Part shown: positions 9,319-17,724 of the stretch, one piece after another
How positions within the stretch are numbered: position 1 is the first letter of the stretch
Layout: every line of letters starts with the position of its first letter
Source of the DNA: a bacterium
GTDB lineage: Bacteria > Babelota > Babeliae > Babelales > RVW-14
DNA length: 53,735 nucleotides
Reading direction: 5' to 3'
NCBI GenBank assembly: GCA_023249935.1
Contig: JAHFBQ010000001.1
Span: forward strand, 1-53,735
Notes under the pieces: model-generated
Told to the model about the DNA's origin: nothing
The model's database searches: none
What the model saw: only the letters and a program-made list of their open reading frames with translations
Position numbers and translations under genes: made by a program

Positions 9319-10273
9319 GAAGATGTTGATTTGGCGTTACACCAACAAGCTCGTTAACGACAAACATTGGGCGGCGCTTTAATTCTTGAAATACTTTGCT
9401 TAGGTAGATGCCAAGTACACCAAGTGCCAAAAAGTTACAGGCAAACAAAAAAAGAATTGCCAGCATAAGCGATGTCCAACCAGTCATAACAACAAGTCCA
9501 AATATTTTCATGATAAGCGCTGTTAGGGCGCCAAGAATACACAGTGCAATAACTCCTAGTGCGCCAAATACGAGGATGTACATCGGTGCGGTAGAGAATG
9601 AGATTATATTTTCAAGCGCAAAAATAGTCAGTTTTGTGTAGTTATACTTTGATTCTCCAGTTGCTCGACTACGACGAATAAAAGGCACAGATTTTTTCGG
9701 TAGCCCAGACCAATAGATGAGGCCGCGGACAAATACTTGGTTTTCAGGGAGGAGCTTAAAAGTATCAATAGCGCGTTGGCTGAGTAAGCAAAAATCGCCA
9801 ACATTTCTTGGCATATCGATCTTGGTTAGTTTCTTGAACAGAGGATAGAAAAGGTTGGAGGTAAATTTTTTGAGCCAAGATTCATTGAGTCGTTTAGTGC
9901 GTTGGCCGAAGACGATATCATAGCCCTCGAGAAAATGTTTTTCGAAATCAATAATAAGGTCTGCTGGATCTTGTCTGTCAGCATCGATGAGTACTACCGC
10001 GTTGCCTCGAGCATGATGAATGCCAGCGTACGTTGCATTTTCATGTCCAAAATTTCTTATGAATGAAATAATTTTAACGCGGCTATCTCCAGCGGCTAAT
10101 TTTTTTAAAATATCGAGAGATCCGTCCCAGCTGCCGTCGTTAACAAAAATAAGCTCGGTGGTTGCAAAGTGCGACAACTTGCCGAGTACTGATGATAGTT
10201 CGGCGTATAACGGTAATAAATTGTGTTCTTCGTTGAGCAGTGGAATAACAATTGAAAGCAACGGTGCTTGCAT
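9287..10273 (-). CDS. GT2 polyprenyl-phosphate sugar synthase (GtrB/ArnC/DPM1-like)
   Basis: Motifs LSIVIPLLNEE, FVNDGSWDGS and IDADRQDP. Two C-terminal hydrophobic helices are present, as in bactoprenol-phosphate glycosyltransferases. A purine-rich RBS lies before ATG 10273. Confidence 0.8.
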   Translation of the reverse strand: MQAPLLSIVIPLLNEEHNLLPLYAELSSVLGKLSHFATTELIFVNDGSWDGSLDILKKLAAGDSRVKIISFIRNFGHENATYAGIHHARGNAVVLIDADRQDPADLIIDFEKHFLEGYDIVFGQRTKRLNESWLKKFTSNLFYPLFKKLTKIDMPRNVGDFCLLSQRAIDTFKLLPENQVFVRGLIYWSGLPKKSVPFIRRSRATGESKYNYTKLTIFALENIISFSTAPMYILVFGALGVIALCILGALTALIMKIFGLVVMTGWTSLMLAILFLFACNFLALGVLGIYLSKVFQELKRRPMFVVNELVGVTPNQHLHGNHYAYLKK

Positions 10274-10330
10274 AAAACTCTCTCTTTCTCAAGGCGGCGG
10301 CTACTCTCGAATCTAGTCTATGAGTGAATT

Positions 10331-11386
10331 TTATACAAGGAGAAGTATTGCCACTACGTTGAAAAAGAATGAAGCATAAATAGGAATGATGAGGCTTTTG
10401 ATGACACTGCGCACATCAGCCTCACCAGTATTTTCGTAAAGAAGTCCAAGTGTAGCCATAAAGGCTGGTAGTGATGTGTAGATAAATGCCGGGTGTATTT
10501 TAATAAAAATTTGGGGGAGAAGATAGGTTATTACGGCTAGTAATAGGAGGCCTGCTTGGCGGCGCTTGGTTGTATGTGCAATGAGTCCTATTAAACTTGA
10601 AGCCCAAAATAATAGAAACGCATAACGAAGCCATTGGTGTGAGCTAGGGATCCATTCAAGTCCTAGTAGTGCAACAAATGTGTCGTTGATGTTAAGCAGT
10701 GTAGCTACAACTGAGATGGAAATATTGCTGAGCACAACGGTCAATTGTGCAATAAGATAAGTAAGAAAAAGTAAGCAGCATTGATTTGTGGGTAGCGGCC
10801 AAAAATAAGCTGCAGCTAAAGTAAGTATTGCGCTACCAAGCCAAATGTTGATTGGTGTCCAACAAAGGATAGCAACGCTTAGAGCAATTAAGCGATACGT
10901 TGATGAGGGTGTTTTTGTACAAATAAATTTTGCAGCAATGATGCTGAGTAGTACTAGTGTGCATTCAAGAACTTGAGGGAAATACTCAACTTTTCCAAAC
11001 CAGCTTAAATGACTTGGATGAATACCACTATACCAGCATACCCAGAGCACCATGAGTTTAGAGAGGTATGGCCGGGCAATGTACAAAAAAAGAGCGATAT
11101 TAAGTGTATGTATGCCAATGACTAAAAAACTTGCTGGTAGGGATAAGGGGTCTTGTGCTAGGTTGAACCACGAGCTTACTGTGAGTAGAATTTGATCTTG
11201 AGAAAAAATTGCTGGTAAGTGAAGCGGCGGTTGTTTTTGAACAAGTAATGTCCAGAAAAGAAATACTGGTACCGTAGCGGCAATAAAAAGTAGCGTGACT
11301 GGTAATGCCTCGACTGAGTTGTATACAAAGTCAGAGCATTGAATCCAAGCTCTGAGAAACGTTTTTTTGACAGTTTTTTTATTCAT
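10331..11386 (-). CDS. Divergent, probably non-catalytic member of the same GT-C paralog family (membrane core only)
   Basis: 351-aa multi-pass protein. It keeps the family motif ALLGLEWIPSSH (compare DLIGIKWIPSGF). The first-loop DD motif is replaced by SQDQIL, the YRPL block is degenerate, and there is no C-terminal domain. Confidence 0.6.
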   Translation of the reverse strand: MNKKTVKKTFLRAWIQCSDFVYNSVEALPVTLLFIAATVPVFLFWTLLVQKQPPLHLPAIFSQDQILLTVSSWFNLAQDPLSLPASFLVIGIHTLNIALFLYIARPYLSKLMVLWVCWYSGIHPSHLSWFGKVEYFPQVLECTLVLLSIIAAKFICTKTPSSTYRLIALSVAILCWTPINIWLGSAILTLAAAYFWPLPTNQCCLLFLTYLIAQLTVVLSNISISVVATLLNINDTFVALLGLEWIPSSHQWLRYAFLLFWASSLIGLIAHTTKRRQAGLLLLAVITYLLPQIFIKIHPAFIYTSLPAFMATLGLLYENTGEADVRSVIKSLIIPIYASFFFNVVAILLLV

Positions 11387-11417
11387 ATGAGTACCCTAGC
11401 AATAAAAGTAGGAGCAG

Positions 11418-12122
11418 ATGAAGAAATTATCTATTGTTATCCCTTGCTATAATGAATCAAAGAGTATTCCATATTTACTGGAACAGTTTTCTGAAGGTAT
11501 TGGTACGCGAGATATCGAAGTAGTATTGGTTGATAATGGTTCTTTTGATGAAACACCTGCTGTGATTACTGCATTGCTGCCGCGGTACCAATTTGCCAAA
11601 ACAACTCGTGTAGAAAAAAACCAAGGATATGGGTTTGGGATTTTGAGTGGTCTGCGTGTTGGGACTGGAGATTTTTTGGGATGGATGCATGCTGATCTTC
11701 AATCTGATCCAAATGATGTGATGCGTGCCTATGACATCATTACCAAAAGTGCGCATGCGCAGCGACTTTTTGTAAAGGGTACACGTTCTGGCAGGCCACT
11801 ATTTGATCAATTTTTTACCTTGGGCATGAGTACTTTTGAAACTATGTATCTGCAAAAACCACTCTGGGACATTAACGCTCAGCCAAACATTTTCCATCGA
11901 AGCTTTTATGAGCGTTGGGATAATCCACCTCATGACTTTGCGCTTGATTTGTATGTGTATTGCATGGCAAAAAAGCTTGGGCTGCGTATGCAGCGGTTTC
12001 CCGTAGTTTTTGGTCCGCGTCAATTTGGGACTTCTTCATGGAACTCAGGGCTCAAAGGGCGATGGAAATTTATTACGCGGACATTCTCATTCTCGGCCGA
12101 TGTAAAGAAGCAGTTGAGGTAG
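11418..12122 (+). CDS. Soluble GT2-family glycosyltransferase (DPM1/GtrB-like catalytic domain without membrane anchor)
   Basis: Motifs LSIVIPCYNES, LVDNGSFDET and HADLQSDP. AGGAG lies 5 nt before ATG 11418. Confidence 0.75.
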   Translation: MKKLSIVIPCYNESKSIPYLLEQFSEGIGTRDIEVVLVDNGSFDETPAVITALLPRYQFAKTTRVEKNQGYGFGILSGLRVGTGDFLGWMHADLQSDPNDVMRAYDIITKSAHAQRLFVKGTRSGRPLFDQFFTLGMSTFETMYLQKPLWDINAQPNIFHRSFYERWDNPPHDFALDLYVYCMAKKLGLRMQRFPVVFGPRQFGTSSWNSGLKGRWKFITRTFSFSADVKKQLR

Positions 12123-13716
12123 GACCACTTTCCTTCGAATACGGGTGCCATGTGCACTTGTGGAAGAAGCTCTGCCAGTAATTAAAAGTTCTTAGATCAT
12201 TTGGTGTGCCCCAACAGACGTAAAAATCAACTTTGAAAACATAGACTTGTAACCCAAATTTTATGAGTTCTCCAGCAAGGCTATCAACGTAAAATTCGTT
12301 GTTAACACGAATATTGTTTTTATAGAGTGATTCAAGGCCAGCTTGAAAATAAGCAGCCTTTTTAAAATAAAAGGCGCCAACGATTGCATGATCGTTTTCT
12401 GGTGTATCTGAAATTGGTTTTTTTACAGAGACTGAGATTGCTTTGTTATTCGCATCCGTCGCAACCCAGCCATACATCTGTGGATTGATTTTGGCAGATG
12501 GGTGATTTTTAAATGTCCAAATGATCGCATCAACATCAGGTCTAGAGCGTAGAGCTGCGTATTTTTGAGCATCATACAGCATGCTGTTGTCGCAGGCGCC
12601 GATGGTGACAGGACTTTCTTGGTCAATATTTGCCAACCCAATGGCACAAGTACATGCTTGGCCTTCGGTGACGGCATTGATGCCAATGACCGAAGCTTGC
12701 GAATAGGTTTCGTTTAACGTTTGTTCTAGCGGTGATGCATCGAGGTGTTCTTGTAAGCAGACAAAGATTTGTTTTTCTGCTTGAGGCAGAGCGGCGGCAG
12801 CTTGCACGATCATTGGCTTACCGCTGACGGGAATGAGCGGCTTTGGCAATGAATATCCTTCATCACTAAAGCGTTTACCTCGGCCGGCTAGGGGGATTAG
12901 GTTGACGCTGTTTTTTTCTACCCCGCAACCGCCCTTTGTCATTCCACAAGTTATCTTTTCGCTCAATGCCCTAAAATAATCAGACCATGCTTGGTATTCC
13001 CGTAAGTCCTGAGGCGTGCCCCACTGAAGCATGTGTTCAATCTCATAAATCGAGACTGGCAAACCATCTTCAACGAGCAGATTGTATACAAGGCTGACGT
13101 AAAATTCACCGTTGATGCTTAGGTTGCGCTCCATTGCACGAGCAAAATATTTTTTAACAAGGCTGCCATGTGCAAAGTAGTAGGTACCATTGGAGGCATA
13201 CTCTTGCATGCGGTTATTAGTGAATGGTTCTTTTTCTTTAATTTGCTCGAGCCATTGGTCTGTATCTTTGATAAAGGCGTAGTTGGTGGTGCCAAGCATG
13301 TGTGGATGAAATCCTCGATACGATGGGATTGCTCCGGCGGCACCGCGGCTACGGGTATGATGTAAGAAATTCTGATAGTCCCAGTAGGTGCCAAAGTCGC
13401 AGTAATTAACGATGACTTCTTCTTGATCATCGATCAAATGTTGGACCTGTAGGGTTGCAAACACGGGCCCTTTTTTATGAGGAGGAATGCTGACTATGGT
13501 TCCTGAGGGGGCAATACGTTGTAAAATTTCACGCATTGCAGTTGTTTGTAAATGTTCTTCGTTGCAGATGAACGTAAATTTTTTTTCACCAGGAAAGAGG
13601 TTGACGACGTGTTCAATGATTGGCTTGCCATCAACGGGAATTAAAGGTTTTGGATCTTTATAGCCAGCAGCCTGAAAACGAGCACCAATGCCTGACATTG
13701 GAATGATGATGTGCAT
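12073..13716 (-). CDS. Tandem-duplicated sugar-phosphate nucleotidyltransferase-fold protein (two NTP_transferase-like halves)
   Basis: Two copies of the N-terminal signature: IIPMSGIGARFQAAGYKDPKPLIPVDGKPII and LIPLAGRGKRFSDEGYSLPKPLIPVSGKPMI. Each is followed by ...NGEFYV.../...NNEFYV... and WGTP.DL. GGAGAG precedes ATG 13716 (track start 13734). The 3' tail overlaps the convergent GT2 gene by 50 nt. Confidence 0.75.
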   Translation of the reverse strand: MHIIIPMSGIGARFQAAGYKDPKPLIPVDGKPIIEHVVNLFPGEKKFTFICNEEHLQTTAMREILQRIAPSGTIVSIPPHKKGPVFATLQVQHLIDDQEEVIVNYCDFGTYWDYQNFLHHTRSRGAAGAIPSYRGFHPHMLGTTNYAFIKDTDQWLEQIKEKEPFTNNRMQEYASNGTYYFAHGSLVKKYFARAMERNLSINGEFYVSLVYNLLVEDGLPVSIYEIEHMLQWGTPQDLREYQAWSDYFRALSEKITCGMTKGGCGVEKNSVNLIPLAGRGKRFSDEGYSLPKPLIPVSGKPMIVQAAAALPQAEKQIFVCLQEHLDASPLEQTLNETYSQASVIGINAVTEGQACTCAIGLANIDQESPVTIGACDNSMLYDAQKYAALRSRPDVDAIIWTFKNHPSAKINPQMYGWVATDANNKAISVSVKKPISDTPENDHAIVGAFYFKKAAYFQAGLESLYKNNIRVNNEFYVDSLAGELIKFGLQVYVFKVDFYVCWGTPNDLRTFNYWQSFFHKCTWHPYSKESGPTSTASLHRPRMRMSA

Positions 13717-13929
13717 TAATTCTCTCCATCTCAATGTGAAATTGCTTACTAACTGAAAGTTAGCAGGTTTTTCTAGGCATTCAAGTAGATTGTAATTGCT
13801 GAATATTTTGCCGGGTATATCTAAAACCCTTTACATCTGTAAAAGATGTGCAATCTTTGCTCTAGTAAAAAGAGGAAGGAGGCGCAGTGTGTTCTAAGAT
13901 GTAGTGCCATCATTAAAAAGCTTACTCAG

Positions 13930-16900
13930 ATGAAATATACTCGATATCTTCTGCTCATCGTTCTTCTTTTCAATAACAATCAAATGTATGCCGGGCTGGT
14001 TGCAGGAACTAACATTGCGACAAATGGTCAGTCAGTAGCAATAGAAAATCTTTTGCGAGGTGATTTTGTTGTTGGGTATGACTTAAAAACACAAGTGTAC
14101 CCTGTGATAGCGGTAACGGCTGTGCAGTTGCATAGGGCTGTGGTGACGTATGCGATTGCAACTGATCGTGGCGTAATTGTAGTGACAGCAGATCAATTAC
14201 TCTTCGATGTTGTTGGTAAAAAGTTTGTAACAGCTGATCAGTGGTCTACGATGTGTATCTTTTTGACTAAAGATATGCAGCAGCTGCCGACGCGAGAAAT
14301 AAAAATCGATAGTGCCGTTGCAGCAGATTGCTATGATGTATCGTTGGAGCAGCCATATCTTTTTTTTGCATCTGATGCGCAAGTTTTGATGCATAACAAT
14401 CCGCTTGTTCTAGCGGTTCCGCTGACGCTTGCAGCTGTTGAGCTGGCTCCTCAGCTTATAAACTTATGCATGATGCTTGAAAATGCTCACAGCAAAGCAG
14501 CGGTTGCTGTGCGAAGAGCGCAAGCGCTGACTCAGCCAGTAGTTCCAACGCCGATATTGTCCGAACAAGTTGCAAAACAGCCTGCGCAGCAAATGAGAAT
14601 AGTACAGGTTTCACAAGCTACATCTCAAAAAAATAATCAATCAATACCTCGTCATGAAGTGCAAGCGGTACAACCTATTCTTTCAGTTGCGAAATCATCA
14701 AAGAGTAATGAATTATTTGTTTCGCAGCCAACACAAGGCTACAAATTTTCAGATGAAGCTGTACAGCGGGCAAAGTCGATAGATGTAAAGCTCTTACAAA
14801 ATCCCATCATGTATAACGATCGTCATTCAGAAATAAGTGTAACTGGATCGATTAATGGAGATGTGGTCTGCTCTAATGAATCTCAATCGAGAGGATATCT
14901 TCATATCAACCTCAACACTGAGCGAAACAACGAACGAGTCCAGGAAGCGAGAGATCGAGATCGGTGGGCGAGAAGATCGGGCAAGAGGCTGATTATCAAA
15001 GGAAACCAACATTATTTTACACCGGCTTGGTTTCTTGAGAATGCTCAAGCTTTGGCCGAACAAACAGGAATGTCGCTAGATGACGTTCTGTTTACTAATT
15101 TTGAAAATTTTCAATACCCAAACTACTTGCAAGTGTTGCACCATCGGCGCAACTATGATCAAAAGATTCTGGAGCTGCGAGATTTGTTGAGACAGGAAGA
15201 AAAGGGGTGGTTTTCATCAACTACAGAAGGCAAAAAATTAAACAGAAGATTTTGCTCAGGAGAAGGATTTAAGTTTTTCCACGGCAGTGATGAGGTGAAG
15301 TTATCGGAGCTGATTGAACGGTTAGCAAAAAAAGTAGAAGCGAGGCAAGAAGATGAACATAAAAAATACCTCGCCTGGCAAGCAAAGCAGGCGGAAGAAG
15401 CAGAAGTTGCAAGGCAGCAGGCCTTGTTTGCAGAACGAATTGTACGAGCGAAAAGCTGCTACAATCGAGTAATTGCCGAGCAACAACTTGAGGTAGCGGC
15501 TCACAGCGGCTTGTATGAGAAGTACGAAGAAATTGTGGTTCATGGCAGATTATATCGCAGCATAGATGAACCTAAGGCATTTTCTCACGTGTTTAAATCT
15601 GTACAAAACAACGACTACAGCGAAAGCTACAAAAAGTTTTTAGCTGATCGAAACATGCCTATCTTGCGCCAGAGCAGGAATGATGCGGCCAAAGCAATTG
15701 ATGAAATCATTCGTGAAATGTATCAAGCAGATCAACATTTTGGTTATTTATACGATGTTGTTCATGCGCACAGCATCGCGCTTCGGCTAATTTCTGTTGC
15801 CGATCGAGCTGAGCAATACAACGACTCTCCTATGATGTCAGCAGCGACTGCGCAGCTGCTTGAAGCGGCGCGCGGATTTGTACGTTCTGCTGAGCAACTT
15901 GGTGAGTACTATGTGACAAGCAACATGGCCGCGCATCATACAACAACTACAATTAATCATCTGATTCATAAGGTGTTGATTCCGCTGGAAAGGCATGCTG
16001 CAACGGTTGCTGGCAATAAAGTATCGTTACCGCAAGAACTTGCACGCAGTACAGTATGCCCGGTAACAGTTTTAGCCAATCTGTACAAAAATCCTGAAAA
16101 CAAAGAGCTTGCTCAGCAGTGTAAAGCGGTACTGGCAGATCTTTTGGCAGAAGAAGAGTTTATTGTGCAAGCAGCAGCAAAGGGTAGCGTTCAAGTCCCA
16201 ACAGAAACGCCGCTTGTCAAACTTGCAACGCAAGCGGGAAACCTTGGCAGTTGTACGGCAGCACAAGCACCGCCATACATACCATCAGCAACCATGGCAC
16301 GGGGTCGTCAAAAAGAATTTTTCCGCAAGGTTTCCATATCTAGCAACCAGGGAGATCGAGAAGATATATCGCCAGAAGCTTTTGTGAATGGTGCGATCAT
16401 TGATTGTGCTCATAAGCATAAGGAGTCATTTGAGGATAAACGTCAAGCGGTTATCAGCGACATAAAAGAGTATGAAAAAACACTGTTTGATCTAACGCCG
16501 CGATCTGTGAGCATCGACGAAGCAGCGGCACAGCAATTGCAAAACCATGCCCCATCGTGGATAACGGCGACTATGACTGGTAACGGGCAAGTTGCCGTTG
16601 CCGCTCATTGCTATCGGCTCGCATCATACGATGCATCAACAAGAGCATGGCATTTTATTGTTGATGCAGATGAACCAGCCCTATATGATCGAATGGTTCC
16701 ATATGTTCATGAGTTTGTCAAAGCTGAAGAGAAACGCGAGCTTGATGAGCTGCGCAAACTCACAGCATTCTGGCCCCAAGAGATACGCTATGCATTCAAG
16801 ATCGGTTGGCCAGTGCGCAAAGATCAGCCACAAGAAAATTCGGGTAAAAGAATATGGCAAGCGCAAGCAGCGGGCATACGCCACGGGAACTTAGCAAGAA

Positions 16901-17724
16901 TCTTCGGAGAGTATTCATACTCATTTCAAGCGCTTGATTTTATGCTTGCCAACAATCTTGCACCATCACGTATTGTACATATTCTGCGTAATGGAGAGTA
17001 CCCCAAAGCTCATCGTTCCGACCGCGAGCTACGCAGCTTAGACGGTATCGTAGTGGTTTTCGAGAAAGATACAAAAACCATTTGCGGCATTGGTACGATC
17101 AATGAACTTGATCTACTCAATGAGTATCCATCAAGAAAAACACACCAATGTATTCCCGACCAAGAGCCAGCGTCTTCTTCAGGTGTCTGTCTTCCTGAAA
17201 AAAATGCTGAAGAGTCATCCTGTGGGGGCAGCTGCGACAATACCGACACGACAAATACACATGGTTTATGCGGCAGCAGTTATAACAAAGAACATGAATT
17301 TCCCTCATCTTCGCCAAACGAAGGCTTACCAGAACCAGAAACTAAACCCTGCGCTTGGAGCCAACAGCCGCAGCTCCCGGGATTTGATGAGGATGGTGTG
17401 GTGGAAGTGCTTGCTGATGGAAGTAATCAAGTTTTGCCTGAGACAACTTCTTCTGAAGGTGATGATGGCAAAATAATATATAAGCACGGTTTTAAGTATC
17501 ATCCAAGAATAAGACAAAGAGGATTGCAGGACCCTAAGGCACACAATTTTCCATACTCATTTGACGATATTATTTTAAAAACTAACCCAATAAAACAAAA
17601 AGATGGCTCCTTATTGTACATATTAGAAGGAATTTTGAATGAAAAGCGCGGAGTGTTCGAAATCGCTATTAATACAGAAACTAAAACCATTTTTCATAGA
17701 ACATTTAGGGGATCAAAAAAATGA
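13930..17724 (+). CDS. Secreted polymorphic-toxin-like protein: signal peptide, N-terminal Hint-like domain, long mostly helical body, conserved pre-toxin region, variable C-terminal domain (CT1)
   Basis: Signal peptide MKYTRYLLLIVLLFNNNQMYA at ATG 13930 (the track start at 13846 adds a Cys/Lys-rich extension). Hint blocks lie at 13993-14397. The 3' constant region is repeated twice downstream. An immunity-like ORF overlaps the stop. Confidence 0.75.
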   Translation: MKYTRYLLLIVLLFNNNQMYAGLVAGTNIATNGQSVAIENLLRGDFVVGYDLKTQVYPVIAVTAVQLHRAVVTYAIATDRGVIVVTADQLLFDVVGKKFVTADQWSTMCIFLTKDMQQLPTREIKIDSAVAADCYDVSLEQPYLFFASDAQVLMHNNPLVLAVPLTLAAVELAPQLINLCMMLENAHSKAAVAVRRAQALTQPVVPTPILSEQVAKQPAQQMRIVQVSQATSQKNNQSIPRHEVQAVQPILSVAKSSKSNELFVSQPTQGYKFSDEAVQRAKSIDVKLLQNPIMYNDRHSEISVTGSINGDVVCSNESQSRGYLHINLNTERNNERVQEARDRDRWARRSGKRLIIKGNQHYFTPAWFLENAQALAEQTGMSLDDVLFTNFENFQYPNYLQVLHHRRNYDQKILELRDLLRQEEKGWFSSTTEGKKLNRRFCSGEGFKFFHGSDEVKLSELIERLAKKVEARQEDEHKKYLAWQAKQAEEAEVARQQALFAERIVRAKSCYNRVIAEQQLEVAAHSGLYEKYEEIVVHGRLYRSIDEPKAFSHVFKSVQNNDYSESYKKFLADRNMPILRQSRNDAAKAIDEIIREMYQADQHFGYLYDVVHAHSIALRLISVADRAEQYNDSPMMSAATAQLLEAARGFVRSAEQLGEYYVTSNMAAHHTTTTINHLIHKVLIPLERHAATVAGNKVSLPQELARSTVCPVTVLANLYKNPENKELAQQCKAVLADLLAEEEFIVQAAAKGSVQVPTETPLVKLATQAGNLGSCTAAQAPPYIPSATMARGRQKEFFRKVSISSNQGDREDISPEAFVNGAIIDCAHKHKESFEDKRQAVISDIKEYEKTLFDLTPRSVSIDEAAAQQLQNHAPSWITATMTGNGQVAVAAHCYRLASYDASTRAWHFIVDADEPALYDRMVPYVHEFVKAEEKRELDELRKLTAFWPQEIRYAFKIGWPVRKDQPQENSGKRIWQAQAAGIRHGNLARIFGEYSYSFQALDFMLANNLAPSRIVHILRNGEYPKAHRSDRELRSLDGIVVVFEKDTKTICGIGTINELDLLNEYPSRKTHQCIPDQEPASSSGVCLPEKNAEESSCGGSCDNTDTTNTHGLCGSSYNKEHEFPSSSPNEGLPEPETKPCAWSQQPQLPGFDEDGVVEVLADGSNQVLPETTSSEGDDGKIIYKHGFKYHPRIRQRGLQDPKAHNFPYSFDDIILKTNPIKQKDGSLLYILEGILNEKRGVFEIAINTETKTIFHRTFRGSKK
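13993..14397 (+). other. Degenerate Hint (intein/hedgehog-type) domain, Gly at position 1, terminal His-Asn retained
   Basis: G-LVAGTNIATNGQSVAIENLLRGDFVVGYD ... VIVVTADQLLFDVVGKKFVTADQW ... CYDVSLEQPYLFFASDAQVLMHN. Confidence 0.65.
17009..17396 (+). repeat. Pre-toxin handle, copy A (inside the full-length toxin gene)
   Basis: Manual alignment to 19221-19605 (copy C). This includes about 160 nt (17051-17209 vs 19263-19421) with only 3 mismatches. The 3' part also aligns to 18059-18240 (copy B). Confidence 0.9.

Noticed and set aside
12073-12122. 50-nt convergent overlap between the GT2 gene and the nucleotidyltransferase gene, considered as a sign of frameshift or misassembly
   Set aside because: The conserved nucleotidyltransferase domain ends before the overlap (…WGTPNDLRTFNYWQSFF). 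The overlap is explained by a non-conserved C-terminal tail, and I saw no frame disruption.
13846-13929. Upstream ATG 13846 as toxin start, and a strong SD (AGGAAGGAGG, 13873-13882) followed by a 5-codon out-of-frame mini-ORF (GTG 13887 ... TAG 13904)
   Set aside because: The 28-aa extension is Cys/Lys-rich and would bury the canonical signal peptide that begins at ATG 13930. The mini-ORF or leader-peptide idea cannot be supported from sequence alone. The true start remains uncertain.
17010-17476. Alternative-frame and antisense ORFs in handle copy A (17010..17249-, 17090..17476+, 17117..17317-) and their twins in copy C (19222..19509-, 19302..19670+)
   Set aside because: They appear twice only because the handle is duplicated. 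They overlap the well-supported toxin frame, which carries the conserved peptide motifs.
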